DNA of 64,000 nucleotides from an uncultured Chroococcidiopsis sp. (GCA_964248365.1 CAXTYC010000004.1:160001-224000), one strand, 5' to 3'. Positions 1 to 10,704 are shown, numbered from the stretch's first letter. Notes: generated by a model from the letters alone, not told the origin. Made by a program: numbers and translations.

Positions 1-1009
1 TAGCCCCAATATTAGCGTGTCCTGTGGGTTGAGCATTCATCCGTTGTGCTGTACCAGCACTATGAAGGAAATTTGTCAATACTCCATTTGCGATTAATGA
101 AACTCGACGGGTTGGTGTACCTTCACCGTCAAATGTTTCTGCTCCGACATTTTCAGGATGCAAGGCATCATCGTCTACAGACAGCAGCGAAGAAGCTATT
201 TGCTTTCCCAAAGATTCTGGTGTTGAGAGGCTTTGCTTATCTAGAATACTCTGAGCATTAAACAGGTTAGAAAAAGCCCCCAGTAGGCTCAAAAAAGCTT
301 CGGGTGAGAAAACCACTCGATATTTGCCAGACTTGACTTTTTCATAGTTCAAGTGACTAATCGTTTTTTCGGCAGCTTCCTTTAGACAAGCTTCGATGTC
401 TAAATCGGCAAGGCTGCGGTTGATGCGAAAAGCACCAGCACTGCGAGGCTTTTTCCCTTCTTCCTCGGTTTTGCTGTACAGATAAATAGAAGCATAGGAA
501 CGAGCTTCATTTCGGAGTGCGCCATCACTGTTGAGATAAAATCTGTCGATATCTCTTTGGGACAAACCGTTATATGGTATGCCTTTGATGGCTGGGTGAG
601 CCTCAAGTAGCTCTTTTTCGGCTTTGATTAGGGTGTCAATCAGTTGGGGAACTGGGGCTTGTGGTGCTGTATCTTCTGTTTTGGCTGTAATTGGTGCAGT
701 CGCTAGGGGGCTGAAATCTGGAATATTTTCTTTGACACCAAAGAAACTGGCTTCCTGGGCTGTTTTCAATGCCAATTCAATGCCGTTGGGATCTACATCT
801 GTTGTGCTGGTGACTCCTACGGTGTTGTTTTCATTCCATACCCGCACTGTCACCCCAGAACGATTTGAGGCTTTGACTTGTTTGGGTTCTCCCATATCTA
901 CTTGAACGCTGGTTTCATCTACAGATGAGCCATAAATATCGAATTTTTCAATCCCAAGCTGTTTGGCACTTGCTTGAGCGTAAGTTGCAATTTCTTGAAT
1001 ATTGGGCAT
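1..1009 (-). CDS. pmbA: PmbA/TldE-family protein, runs off the window start
   Basis: Not in the ORF track. My translation from ATG at 1009 gives MPNIQEIATYAQASAKQLGIEKFDIYGSSVDETSVQV...FDGEGTPTRRVSLIANGVLTNFLH (FDGEG motif). It lies directly downstream of tldD. Confidence 0.9.
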   Translation of the reverse strand, partial: MPNIQEIATYAQASAKQLGIEKFDIYGSSVDETSVQVDMGEPKQVKASNRSGVTVRVWNENNTVGVTSTTDVDPNGIELALKTAQEASFFGVKENIPDFSPLATAPITAKTEDTAPQAPVPQLIDTLIKAEKELLEAHPAIKGIPYNGLSQRDIDRFYLNSDGALRNEARSYASIYLYSKTEEEGKKPRSAGAFRINRSLADLDIEACLKEAAEKTISHLNYEKVKSGKYRVVFSPEAFLSLLGAFSNLFNAQSILDKQSLSTPESLGKQIASSLLSVDDDALHPENVGAETFDGEGTPTRRVSLIANGVLTNFLHSAGTAQRMNAQPTGHANIGA

Positions 1010-1272
1010 ATCAATTTTGAATTTTGGATTTTTGTCGCGCATAGACGCCCTGAAAGGGCGGCTTCTCGCAGAGTAGGCGCAAAGGCGCTAAGGAGACAGG
1101 AGACAGGACGAGTAAGGTGGGCACCCACCATAAAGATAATTTTTCCTTAAGCGGCGATCGCACAGGAACGAGTTTTAACAGGCAAGAGCGTAGTATCTGA
1201 TGTTGGAATTAAAGGTTTATGGTGGGCATCGCCCACCCTACAGGCAATTGGTGGGCGATGGCTGGCATACAA

Positions 1273-2757
1273 TTATCTGCCGCCTACGGTGATGGAGTCT
1301 ACTTTGATGTGGGGTTGTCCTACGGTTACATAGATGCTGCCGCTAACAGAGCCGCAAAAACCCGCAGCAAGTCCTAAGTCTTGAGAAGACATGGAAATTT
1401 TGTTCATGATTTCCTGAGCGTCACCGATGAGGGTTGCTCCTTTGAGTGGCTTGGTAATTTTGCCGTTCTCAATTAGGTAGGCTTCGTCTACGGCAAAGTT
1501 GAACTGTCCTGTAGAACCTACACTACCGCCGCCCATCTTCTTGCAGTAGATGCCTTTGTCGATGGAGGCAAATAAGTCTTCTGTGGTATAATTTCCAGGT
1601 GCGATGTAGGTGTTACGCATCCGCGAGGCTGCTGCATAGGTATAGTTCTGTCGCCGCCCGCTTCCGGTTCTGGGGTGTCCCGTGCGGATGAAACCTGCGC
1701 GATCGCTCAAGAAGTTCTTTAGTATGCCGTTTTCGATTAATAATGTACGTTGGGCTGGCATTCCCTCATCGTCCATGTCAATTGTGCCGAAGGCATCGGT
1801 AGAAAGTCCTTCATCCCAAGCGGTGAGATTTTCGTGGGCAATTTTTTCGCCTTTTTTGTCGGCGAAGGGAGTGGTTTTTCTTTCAATTTGGGTGGTTTCT
1901 AGCAGGTGTCCACAAGCTTCATGGAAGATCACCCCACCAAACTGATTCGCCATTACCAGCGGGTATGTACCTGACTCAATGTAGTCGGCATATAGCATAC
2001 GTCCGGCTGATTCTGCCACTTCTTCAGCAGTAGATTTATAATCCCATGTGCGGAGGAAGTTTGGATCGCTAGTGTCACCAGCACGTTGACCAATTGAAGC
2101 ACGATTAGCACCGTCAGCGCATAAGAGGTTATAGCCTACTGATTGAGTTAGGCGAATATCTCTAGCAAATGTACCATCACTTGCTGCTACTAAGACTTCT
2201 TGCCAATCCCGAAAATAAACTGCTCGGCGGGATTGTACATGATCGGCTTTCAGCTTAAGTTGTTGATTAGCATCTAGTAGCACTTCTCCCATTTCTCGCA
2301 TCGAGCTGCATTGGGTTAGCCATGTATCTTTGCTTTTTTTGGTGGCGTAGTCTCGCAGCAGTTCGAGGTTGATGGGCGGGATATAAGAGTTAGGCGCTGG
2401 TAATTGTAGTCCTAGAATAGATAAACCTTTTTCCAGAGCCGCTTTTAGTCCGGTAAATGACAAATCATTGGTGCTAACGTAGCAGTCAGCTTTACCGCGA
2501 AATACTCTTACACCTGCTCCGGTTGATAGCCTGGGTGAGATGCTGGTGATGGTGTCATCTTCTGCTAAAGTGCTGATGTAGTTGACTCGCTCCAAGAAAA
2601 ATTCGATGAAGTCAGCACCCGCTGCCCGTCCTAAACCTAGTAGGGTGGAAAGGGGAGCTTCCCAAGTTTCATCAAAGCGATCGCGCCCAACATTATAGTT
2701 AAGGTTAGGCAGTTCTCTAGAAAGAAGTAATGTACTTGGATACGTCGATAGCATCAT
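1273..2757 (-). CDS. tldD: TldD-family metalloprotease
   Basis: Contains HEACGHLLE (HExxxH), DDEG, GSGRRQ..SRMRNT and C-terminal VGQPHIKV. Likely start ATG 2757/2754 rather than 2853. Confidence 0.93.
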   Translation of the reverse strand: MMLSTYPSTLLLSRELPNLNYNVGRDRFDETWEAPLSTLLGLGRAAGADFIEFFLERVNYISTLAEDDTITSISPRLSTGAGVRVFRGKADCYVSTNDLSFTGLKAALEKGLSILGLQLPAPNSYIPPINLELLRDYATKKSKDTWLTQCSSMREMGEVLLDANQQLKLKADHVQSRRAVYFRDWQEVLVAASDGTFARDIRLTQSVGYNLLCADGANRASIGQRAGDTSDPNFLRTWDYKSTAEEVAESAGRMLYADYIESGTYPLVMANQFGGVIFHEACGHLLETTQIERKTTPFADKKGEKIAHENLTAWDEGLSTDAFGTIDMDDEGMPAQRTLLIENGILKNFLSDRAGFIRTGHPRTGSGRRQNYTYAAASRMRNTYIAPGNYTTEDLFASIDKGIYCKKMGGGSVGSTGQFNFAVDEAYLIENGKITKPLKGATLIGDAQEIMNKISMSSQDLGLAAGFCGSVSGSIYVTVGQPHIKVDSITVGGR

Positions 2758-2988
2758 CGAGGAGCGTCCTTGCTGAAAGTGACTGACAAAGCCTAGTTCC
2801 TTCAGTCTAGCAATTCTTGAAGACACAAGCTTTTGACAGGCATATCGCACCAATAAGGCAATAAGAAGCGATCGTCCCTTTGTTTTTGTGTACTATCAAA
2901 CAAAAGCTAGTGTTAAGTCATTTTGTAATTTTTGCAATAAAGTTAATTAATTATTACACTTATTAGTAACATCTCATATATCAAAGCT

Positions 2989-3696
2989 ATGCAACGGCAT
3001 AATAAAAAGCGCCAAAAAGCAGAAGAGATAAGCACTACTGATGAAATATTGGTTAAGCAGTATGAGATAGAGCTTTTGCATGAGCAACTAGAGTTTTCGC
3101 GCGAACAGATAGAAACTCTAAACTTACAGCTGGGTTACAAAGAGCAGGAACTCGAACAAATAGAGCAAGAGTTGACGCATACAAATCGTGATTTGTCTAA
3201 TGCAGTGATATTCCAGAAGGTAGAATATGGTGAGGCGCGGCAACTAGCTCAGAAAATTTTGAACAGTAATAAATCTGCTAGCGAGTCTCTAGCCCAGCTA
3301 CTCACTGCTATCTATGGCTGTGCAACCCCTCCAGAGGAATTGGAGCATTTAGACAGCTTAAGTATTATAACAAACTCTTCAACAAGTGCTGAAACTGATC
3401 AGATAGTTGCTCGTTTAAAAGAGGTCAAAGCTCGTTCAAAGCAGCTTTATTCTCAGTACAAAGACCTTCACTTTCAGTTTGCTAACTTGAAAAATACTTT
3501 TGTTAAGGTCAAAGCTCGTTCAAAGCAGCTTTATTCTCAGTACAAAGACCTTCACTTTCAGTTTGCTAACTCGAAAAATACTTTTGTTAAAATGTCTGAG
3601 ATATATACTAACTTAAGGACAGAAACGAAAGGCATTTTTAAGAATCACGTTGATAAAAAAGATTTGAATTCTTCCCCCCCCCCCGATTTTTTCTAA
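2989..3696 (+). CDS. Hypothetical coiled-coil protein with an internal 28-aa tandem duplication
   Basis: 235-aa E/Q/L-rich heptad ORF. Confidence 0.65.
   Translation: MQRHNKKRQKAEEISTTDEILVKQYEIELLHEQLEFSREQIETLNLQLGYKEQELEQIEQELTHTNRDLSNAVIFQKVEYGEARQLAQKILNSNKSASESLAQLLTAIYGCATPPEELEHLDSLSIITNSSTSAETDQIVARLKEVKARSKQLYSQYKDLHFQFANLKNTFVKVKARSKQLYSQYKDLHFQFANSKNTFVKMSEIYTNLRTETKGIFKNHVDKKDLNSSPPPDFF
3422..3589 (+). repeat. 84-bp tandem duplication (2 copies, 1 mismatch), in frame
   Basis: AGGTCAAAGCTCG...TTTTGTTA at 3422 and 3506. Confidence 0.95.
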
Positions 3697-3745
3697 ATAA
3701 TGCGCGAGTTTTAAATTATGACTTTTAAGTTACAAGTGGTGATAA

Positions 3746-3915
3746 CTTAGATCTTGCACCTATGCCATAGTCCGCCTGCTAATTAATTAGCAGGCTCTCA
3801 AGTCAAAGTCTTCTTAAGAAGACTAATATTGGGTTGTAGTCCATTGAAATGGACTTGAGCTATTAGCCCAAAGAAAAAGTAAGAGGCGGTTATTGAAACT
3901 GGTGCAATATGTGAA
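3746..3915. mobile_element. Palindromic MITE/REPIN-like element, subtype A copy 1
   Basis: Imperfect terminal IR CTTAGATCTTGCACC / GGTGCAATATGTGAA. Internal hairpins GCCTGCTAATTAATTAGCAGGC, AGTCTTCTTAAGAAGACT and AGTCCATTGAAATGGACT. A close copy is at 4411. Confidence 0.8.
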
Positions 3916-4057
3916 GATAACTCAAAACTTAACCTTAACACTTAAAACTACTTTAAACCCGCTCCTACTATTAATTACATTTATTAATTAATTGTTTTGC
4001 CCATTCGTAATATTTATAGAACGTTTGAAATTTGGCATTAGTTTAAATTTAAAGTTG

Positions 4058-4390
4058 CTAATGCCAGTCTTTTTGTGCTTGTTCTAGGACGTAGGCGGAA
4101 ACATCTAGGATCTGCTGTTCACTCAAGCGATCTTTGTATGCTGACATATTATTTTTACCGTTTGTGACTATGTTGGCGATCGCTTCGATTGAATCCATGC
4201 CATATTTTTTCAATGCTTTCTGTTTTAGGTTCTTACCCCGTCTGACGATGTTACCACCGTTGAGATGACAACCAGCACAGTGAACCTCAAAAATTTTGGC
4301 TGCGTTTATCGTATCTGCTCTAACTTGTCTTGTGAAAGTAATATTCAGCACTGTTAGCGTAATTAGCACTACTACTAGTAACTTCTTCAA
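4058..4390 (-). CDS. petJ: Cytochrome c6-family protein, probably c6B/c6C (PetJ2) type
   Basis: Signal peptide, CAGCH haem motif, axial Met in GKNNMSAY; TTG start with AAGGAGA RBS. Confidence 0.88.
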   Translation of the reverse strand: MKKLLVVVLITLTVLNITFTRQVRADTINAAKIFEVHCAGCHLNGGNIVRRGKNLKQKALKKYGMDSIEAIANIVTNGKNNMSAYKDRLSEQQILDVSAYVLEQAQKDWH

Positions 4391-4410
4391 TCGAATTCTC
4401 CTTGCTTTAA

Positions 4411-4669
4411 CTTAGATCTTGCACCTATTCCATAGTCCGCCTGCTAATTAATTAGCAGGCTCTCAAGCCAAAGTCTTCTTAAGAAGACTAACATTTTCAA
4501 TGGACTTGAGCTATTAGCCCAAAAAAGAAGTAATATCATTTCCCTAAAACTACTAAAGACGATCCCCCCTTGCCCCCCTTATAAAGGGGGGTAGAGGGGA
4601 TCGGATCTGCTGCAAGAATAAACAGAATTGGTATAAGGGGCGGTTATTGAAACTGGTGCAATATGTGAA
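4411..4669. mobile_element. Palindromic MITE subtype A copy 2, carrying a nested 100-bp insertion
   Basis: Same ends and hairpins as 3746-3915, with extra sequence at 4534-4633. Confidence 0.8.
4534..4633. mobile_element. Nested miniature element with TAA duplication
   Basis: TAA at 4531-33 and 4634-36; imperfect ends TATCATTTC / GAATTGGTA; central CCCCCCTTATAAAGGGGGG hairpin. Confidence 0.65.
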
Positions 4670-4777
4670 TTTAAGACACAAGCAGTAATGATCCTGACAT
4701 AAACTACCCTGTGGAGTCGAAAATTTGATCCTTGCTTGGTGAGATGATGGCTTAAGTGTCTCCAGATCCCAACGGGT

Positions 4778-6220
4778 ATGACTCGCCAGCGCTTATTTGT
4801 GGTATTGATGGCTTTATTACTGATTTTACTCTCCTGGTGGGGAGTAGCGGCGGCAAGAACTGGGCTGGTGGTGCGTGAGATCGAACGCGATCGCATACCG
4901 ATGCTATATGTCGCGCCCCAACAAACAGAGAAAATACCAGGTGTTCTGGTAGCGCATGGCTACGCGGGTTCCAAGCAGCTAATGCTAGGTTATGCCCATG
5001 TTCTAGCACATGCAGGTTATGCTGTAATGTTGTGGGATGAGGGCGGACATGGAGCCAATCCTACACCGCTAGAGCGTTTTGGATTACAGCATGATCTTGA
5101 GGTTGCATATACAACTTTGCTAGAGCAACCCGAAGTAGATCCTACCCGTCTGGCGTTGCTAGGACATTCTATGGGTAGTGGTGTAGTGATGTCGGCGGCT
5201 ATCAGCAATCCTGACTTTGCTGCTACTATTGCTATATCACCAACAGGCGCAGCTGTCAACTCGCAGGTTCCTCGCAACTTGCAATTGCAAGTAGGCAGTT
5301 GGGAAGTTCGCTTTATTGCCAATGCTCGACGACTGTTGCAACAGGCAGGAGGAGAAAATGAAAATTTGGCACAAGGCAAAGGGCGATCGCTAGTAACTAT
5401 ACCCAACGCCGAACACATCACCATTCTCTTGCGTAATGCTAGTCACCAGGCAGCGAGAAAATGGCTCGATGCTACCTTCGGTATTCAAAATACCAGCAGT
5501 TATGTAGATCTGCGAATGGCTTGGTATGGCTTGCACTTGATAGCATGGTTAGTTTTATTAGGTGCAGTTGCTCCCACCTTGATGCCTGAACGCCTCAATC
5601 AAACAAAGTTACCTATGGTAAGAAGCTGGCTTGGTTTACTCGTTGCCCCAGTTGTAGCATCTGGTGTTTTGACATTAATTAGTAGTAGGAGTGAGATTCA
5701 GAGTCTGGGGGGTGTCTTAGTGGGTGGTGCGGTAGGAATTTGGTTTTGTATAGCTGGAGCAGTATGGTTAGTTGCAGGAGGCATACCACGTCCTAAAGTG
5801 CGATCGCTTGGGTTAGGAATTGCTCTATTTATACTACTTTGGGTTGCTTTTGGGGCAATGGCACAGGTAGTTTGGCTGCAATGGTGGCTAATTCCTGCCC
5901 GTTTGAAACTCTGGTTAGTGCTGTCGCTACTGTGTTTCCCTTGGTTTCTAGCATCAGGGCAGGCGGTGCAAGGGGCAAGAATCGGAAGTAGGTGGCTCTG
6001 GTGGCTAGGGCAAAGTGTAGCACTGGTAGGAGGCTTTTTTTTAACTGTGCAATTTGTGCCGCAACTTAGCTTTATCTTCCTCTTGCTGCCACTATTTCCC
6101 CTATTCATGGCAATGTTTTCCTATACGGCTGCTATGCTCAATGAAGTGTGGAGCTATGCGGTGGGGTGTGCTTTATTTTTTGGTTGGGTAATTACTGCGG
6201 CTTTTCCCTTAGCTGGCTGA
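4778..6220 (+). CDS. Membrane-anchored alpha/beta hydrolase
   Basis: HGYAG oxyanion region, GHSMG nucleophile elbow, hydrophobic multi-TM C-terminal half. Confidence 0.85.
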   Translation: MTRQRLFVVLMALLLILLSWWGVAAARTGLVVREIERDRIPMLYVAPQQTEKIPGVLVAHGYAGSKQLMLGYAHVLAHAGYAVMLWDEGGHGANPTPLERFGLQHDLEVAYTTLLEQPEVDPTRLALLGHSMGSGVVMSAAISNPDFAATIAISPTGAAVNSQVPRNLQLQVGSWEVRFIANARRLLQQAGGENENLAQGKGRSLVTIPNAEHITILLRNASHQAARKWLDATFGIQNTSSYVDLRMAWYGLHLIAWLVLLGAVAPTLMPERLNQTKLPMVRSWLGLLVAPVVASGVLTLISSRSEIQSLGGVLVGGAVGIWFCIAGAVWLVAGGIPRPKVRSLGLGIALFILLWVAFGAMAQVVWLQWWLIPARLKLWLVLSLLCFPWFLASGQAVQGARIGSRWLWWLGQSVALVGGFFLTVQFVPQLSFIFLLLPLFPLFMAMFSYTAAMLNEVWSYAVGCALFFGWVITAAFPLAG

Positions 6221-6355
6221 GACAATTATCAATTAGCTGTTAGCAGGCGCGCTATTAGCTGTTAGTAGATCTTCTTTGTTTGACTCATATCTTGCATCAG
6301 TATTTCAGTATTTCATTGAGGCAGGGGTTCCTCTATTTTTTGGTTCCTTGGAACC

Positions 6356-6451
6356 TAGCCTTGAAACGAGGGTTGGTGGGTGCCCACCCTACTGTTACCA
6401 GCTTAGCCTTGAAACGAGGGTTGGTGGGCGCCCGCCCTACTGTTACCAGCT
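6356..6451. repeat. 48-bp tandem repeat x2 containing a GGTGGG..CCCACCCTAC REP-like palindrome
   Basis: TAGCCTTGAAACGAGGGTTGGTGGG(T/C)GCCC(A/G)CCCTACTGTTACCAGCT at 6356 and 6404. Confidence 0.9.
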
Positions 6452-6525
6452 AATTGCTAATAGCTAAAAGCTAAAAGCTTTCTAGACAATTACAATTTTC
6501 CACTTATATTGGTTGGAAGCTTGCT

Positions 6526-7698
6526 TCATGCTTGAAGGCACGATCGCACAAATTTATCTAGCCTGTCCATCCCTTTCTCAATTGTTGTCATATCAGTAGC
6601 ATAGGAAAGACGAATATGATCGTCAGCACCGAAGGCAATACCAGGAATTACAGCAACTTGCACAGTTTCTAGCAAGGCATCACAGAATTCTAAAGATGTC
6701 ATACCAGTTTTACTGATGTTGACAAACAAATAGAAAGCCCCATCGGGTTTAGCAAAGGTAATCTCTGGAATTTCGCCCAGTCTTTGCATCATCACCTGGC
6801 GGCGTTGTGCAAAGCAGGAGCGCATCTGTTCTACGCAATCTTGCGAACTTTCCAAGGCAGCGATCGCGCCGTACTGAGCAAAGGTACAAACATTTGATGT
6901 ACTGTGACCTTGAATAGTACTCACAGCTTTCATCAATTCGAGTGAACCTGCTACATAGCCTACTCGCCAACCTGTCATCGCGTAAGCTTTGGCAAATCCA
7001 TTGCTAATAATGGTGCGCTCAAAAATTTCTTCACCCAAGGAAGCGATGCTCAGATGTTCTGCCCCCTCGTAGATGATCTTTTCATAAATCTCGTCTGAGA
7101 CTACTAAAATATCTTGCTCTACTACTACCTCTGCCAGTGCCTTGATTTCTGCTGGAGTGTAGACAACACCACTGGGATTAGAGGGGGAGTTGAGAATAAA
7201 TAACTTGGTGTTACTCGTAATCGATGAACGGAGTTGTTCTGGGGTGATTTTATAACCACAAGAAGCGTCTGTCTGGACAATTACAGGCACTCCACCCGCT
7301 AGCTTCACCATTTCTGGATAACTTAGCCAGTAGGGGGCGGGAATAATCACCTCATCTCCAGAGTCAATCAGCGCCATCATCAAGTTATACAAGCCATGCT
7401 TGCCGCCATTGGTGACGACGATGTTTTCTGGCTGATAGTCAAGCCCCTTTTGGGCATTTAGAGAAGAGGCGATCGCAGATCTTAACTGGGGTTCCCCAGC
7501 CGCCGCACCGTATTTGGTTTTACCTTCATCCAAGGCTTGTTTAGCCGCAGCCCTAATATGTTCTGGTGTGTCAAAATCTGGTTCCCCAGTGCTGAAACTA
7601 CACACATCAATACCCTCTGCCTTCATTGCCTTGGCTTTCGCGGCGATCGCCAATGTTAAAGAAGGCGTTACCTGACCAACTCTTGCTGCCAGCTTCAT
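6526..7698 (-). CDS. aspC: PLP-dependent class I aminotransferase (aspartate aminotransferase)
   Basis: [35 protein letters not shown]; likely start MKLAARV. Confidence 0.9.
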   Translation of the reverse strand: MKLAARVGQVTPSLTLAIAAKAKAMKAEGIDVCSFSTGEPDFDTPEHIRAAAKQALDEGKTKYGAAAGEPQLRSAIASSLNAQKGLDYQPENIVVTNGGKHGLYNLMMALIDSGDEVIIPAPYWLSYPEMVKLAGGVPVIVQTDASCGYKITPEQLRSSITSNTKLFILNSPSNPSGVVYTPAEIKALAEVVVEQDILVVSDEIYEKIIYEGAEHLSIASLGEEIFERTIISNGFAKAYAMTGWRVGYVAGSLELMKAVSTIQGHSTSNVCTFAQYGAIAALESSQDCVEQMRSCFAQRRQVMMQRLGEIPEITFAKPDGAFYLFVNISKTGMTSLEFCDALLETVQVAVIPGIAFGADDHIRLSYATDMTTIEKGMDRLDKFVRSCLQA

Positions 7699-7753
7699 CC
7701 TCACTTCATCCGGCAAAACTCTAATCTATTAAGGATATCTCAGAGTTTAAAGA

Positions 7754-7900
7754 AGGGGCTAGGGGCAAAGGCTAGGGGCTAGGGGATTTTAGATTTTAGA
7801 TTTTGGATTTTGGATTAGATTTTCTCCCCCTGCTCCCCCTGCTCCCCCTGCTCCCCCTGCTTTCTTCCTACCCTAGCCCCTAGCCCCTAGCCCCCAGTCC
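7754..7900. repeat. STRR cluster (GGGGCTA, GATTTTA/G, CTCCCCCTG, CCCCTAG) forming a nested inverted repeat
   Basis: Direct reading of tandem 7- and 9-mers. Confidence 0.9.
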
Positions 7901-7904
7901 CTTG

Positions 7905-8987
7905 TCAGGCTATGGTGACATCTGGTGACAAATATACATCTTGGATGGCGTGAAATAGTTTCACTCCTTCCTCAAAGGGACGTTGGAAAGTCTTGCGACC
8001 GGAGATCAAGCCAGAACCGCCAGCGCGTTTGTTAATTACGGCTGTGCGAATTGCTTCGGCAAAGTCATTTTTACCAGAAGCACCACCGGAGTTAATTAAT
8101 CCGGCACGACCACAGTAACAGTTCAGCACTTGATAGCGCGTCAAGTCAATCGGGTGATCAGTGACTAAATTTGTGTAGATTCGCTCATCGGTTTTGCCGT
8201 AGCTTTGACCAGTGGCTTTGGCAACTGCTTCGTAGCCGCGATTATATTCTGGTAGCTTTTGTTTAATAATGTCGGCTTCGATTGTCACACCTAGATGATT
8301 TGCTTGTCCTGTCAGATCAGCTGCTAGGTGATAATCTTTGTCTTGCTTAAAGACATTGTTACGCAAATAGCACCACAGGATAGTTGCCATTCCTAATTCA
8401 TGGGCGCGAGCAAAGGCGCGGCTGACTTCCTGAATTTGGCGAGTTGATTGTTCGGAACCAAAGTAAATGGTTGCACCTACAGCGACAGCCCCCAGATTCC
8501 AAGCTTGCTCAACTGAAGCAAACATCACCTGGTCGAATTGATTGGGAAAGGTGAGTAGTTCATTGTGATTGATTTTCGCAATGAAGGGGATTTTATGGGC
8601 ATACTTGCGGGAGACACTACCCAAAACGCCCAAAGTAGTGGCGACAGCGTTGCAACCAGAGGCGATCGCTAGCTTGATAATATTTTCTGGGTCAAAGTAC
8701 ATCGGGTTTGGTGCAAAGGATGCTCCCGCCGAGTGTTCAATTCCCTGGTCTACAGGGAGAATGGAAATATAGCCTGTATTGCCTAACCGCCCGAAGGAAT
8801 ACAGTTGTTGGAGACTGCGTAGCACCTGGGGGTTGCGATCGCTTATGGCAAATATCCGGTCTACAAAGTCTGGACTTGGTAGATGCAGTAAATCTTTGGA
8901 AACTTTTGCTTTGAAGGTAAGTAGATCTTCTGCTTCTTTACCTAGCCAAGACTCGATGGATTGGGGTGCAGATAGCGTTGCGGTCAT
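7905..8987 (-). CDS. fbaB: Class I fructose-bisphosphate aldolase (DhnA/FbaB type)
   Basis: [32 protein letters not shown]. Confidence 0.93.
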   Translation of the reverse strand: MTATLSAPQSIESWLGKEAEDLLTFKAKVSKDLLHLPSPDFVDRIFAISDRNPQVLRSLQQLYSFGRLGNTGYISILPVDQGIEHSAGASFAPNPMYFDPENIIKLAIASGCNAVATTLGVLGSVSRKYAHKIPFIAKINHNELLTFPNQFDQVMFASVEQAWNLGAVAVGATIYFGSEQSTRQIQEVSRAFARAHELGMATILWCYLRNNVFKQDKDYHLAADLTGQANHLGVTIEADIIKQKLPEYNRGYEAVAKATGQSYGKTDERIYTNLVTDHPIDLTRYQVLNCYCGRAGLINSGGASGKNDFAEAIRTAVINKRAGGSGLISGRKTFQRPFEEGVKLFHAIQDVYLSPDVTIA

Positions 8988-9018
8988 AAAGAATCCTCAA
9001 AATTTCAACACAACATAT

Positions 9019-9170
9019 ATTCAGTTACCAGTTATCAGTTACCAGTTACTCTTTACCAGTTACCAACTACCAGTTATCAGTTATCACTTACCAGGCTTAG
9101 TTATCAGTCACTCTTTACCAACTACCAACTACCAACTACCAGTTATCATTTACACCTAACAGCTAAAAGC
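9019..9170. repeat. STRR array TTACCAG/TTATCAG/CTACCAA
   Basis: Degenerate tandem heptamers. Confidence 0.9.
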
Positions 9171-9224
9171 TAATCGCGCTCGCGCGCTCAAGCTATTAGA
9201 CTCGCTACTACATAGGGTAACGTT

Positions 9225-10358
9225 TTAAGTTGGCATTTGTTTTTGCGGCGGGAACCCGTGCTGAATTCTGCCTTCATCGGCATCGAACTTTTTGGAAGTT
9301 TTAAACAGTTCAAAGCGTCCATCAGCTGCATATTTAAGACAGCGATCGCGCAAAGCTTGCATTTGCCTCGCACTCATTGGCTGGAAGCCCCGCGCAATTG
9401 CCAAGTTTTGACGCAGTATTGCCGCATTGGGAATACCGCTGACGGTTGTAGCAACGGGAAGGCTCATTGCATAACTAAGCGCTTCTTGTGGCGTGAGAAT
9501 ACCTTGTTTGATAGCATCACCATTTCCACTCAAGCTCTTCATACCAATGGCGGCAATTCCGCGTCGGTTGAGTTCGGGTAGCACCTGCTGCTCAAAACTA
9601 TTAAAGGTAGCATCAAAAGTGTTGAGTGGCAATTGAACCGTATCGAACGGGTAGTTATGCGAAAGCATCTTGAGATGGATCGCTGGATCTTTGTGACCTG
9701 TGAAGCCGACAAATCGAACTTTGCCTTCTTTCTTTGCCTGGTCAAGTGCTTCAATTGCACCATTTTGACGGAAAATTAGATCGGGATCGCTGTAGTAAAC
9801 AACTTCGTGAATCTGCCATAAATCTAGATGATCCGTTCGCAGCCGCCGTAAAGACTCCTCAAGTTGCTGCATAGCCACTTTGCGATCGCGTCCGTGAGTG
9901 CAAACTTTCGTCATCAAAAAAACTCGATCTCGTCGTCCTTGCAGCGCCTTACCCATCCACTCTTCACTACGGTGGTTGTTATATTCCCAGGCATTGTCCA
10001 TGAAAGTGATTCCAGCATCAATCGCCTCATGCACAATCCGCTCGGCTTCTTCATAGCTTTTTGCCTGACCTAAATCGGAGCCACCCAACCCAATCGCAGA
10101 AACTTCAACTCCCGTCCGTCCGAGTTGGCGGCGGGGGATTTCGCCCGTACTATTTTGAGCAGCGATTAAGCTTTCTTCTCCTTGTAGCTGCATATTCTCA
10201 GAGGCTGTCTTTGCTGCAACTGGATGCTCATAGGAGTGCAAAATTAAGTCAGTTAGTGCCGCCCCCGCGCCAATCATCCCGACTCGTTTGAGAAATTCCC
10301 GCCGCCGACGATCAAACATTGAACGATTCTTTGCTACGTCATCATGTTCATCTGTCAT
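9225..10358 (-). CDS. Aldo/keto reductase with a twin-arginine signal peptide
   Basis: RRREFLK plus hydrophobic stretch; AKR motifs GLGG, DNAWEY, TKV, DLWQIH, GKVRFVGFTGH. Confidence 0.88.
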   Translation of the reverse strand: MTDEHDDVAKNRSMFDRRRREFLKRVGMIGAGAALTDLILHSYEHPVAAKTASENMQLQGEESLIAAQNSTGEIPRRQLGRTGVEVSAIGLGGSDLGQAKSYEEAERIVHEAIDAGITFMDNAWEYNNHRSEEWMGKALQGRRDRVFLMTKVCTHGRDRKVAMQQLEESLRRLRTDHLDLWQIHEVVYYSDPDLIFRQNGAIEALDQAKKEGKVRFVGFTGHKDPAIHLKMLSHNYPFDTVQLPLNTFDATFNSFEQQVLPELNRRGIAAIGMKSLSGNGDAIKQGILTPQEALSYAMSLPVATTVSGIPNAAILRQNLAIARGFQPMSARQMQALRDRCLKYAADGRFELFKTSKKFDADEGRIQHGFPPQKQMPT

Positions 10359-10503
10359 GAATTTTTCCTTATTACGGCACTCTTGCCATTTGACTTTTAG
10401 CGTTCAAGTTGTTTCATAAGCACCCACCTAGAGACAGGTTGTTAATTAAGGAATAAGAAGCCAGGTAAAAATCTAGGCGGCAAATAACACAAGCGCATAA
10501 GTA

Positions 10504-10562
10504 GTAGGGGCGGTCTGAGGATATTGGTTACAAATGAGTATATCGGTAAGGAGCGCCACTAC
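10504..10562. repeat. GTAG-ended REP-like palindrome
   Basis: GTAGGGGCG...CGCCACTAC. Confidence 0.6.
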
Positions 10563-10704
10563 AACGGACAAAAACAACCACTTAAAAATCACCAATCAGC
10601 AACGAGTTACTATAGATGCCTTTTATTAAGGTTGGCTCCAGCGCTGGCAGTTGCAATTTTCTACATGATTGAGGAGAATAAGCACTAATTAAAGCGGTAA
10701 CATT

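Noticed and set aside
3674..3684. C11 tract as a phase-variation switch
   Set aside because: It lies in the last few codons, so slippage would change only the extreme C-terminus
6356..6451. Possible CRISPR array
   Set aside because: Two abutting 48-bp units with no spacer and no cas genes; it is a tandem duplication of REP-like sequence
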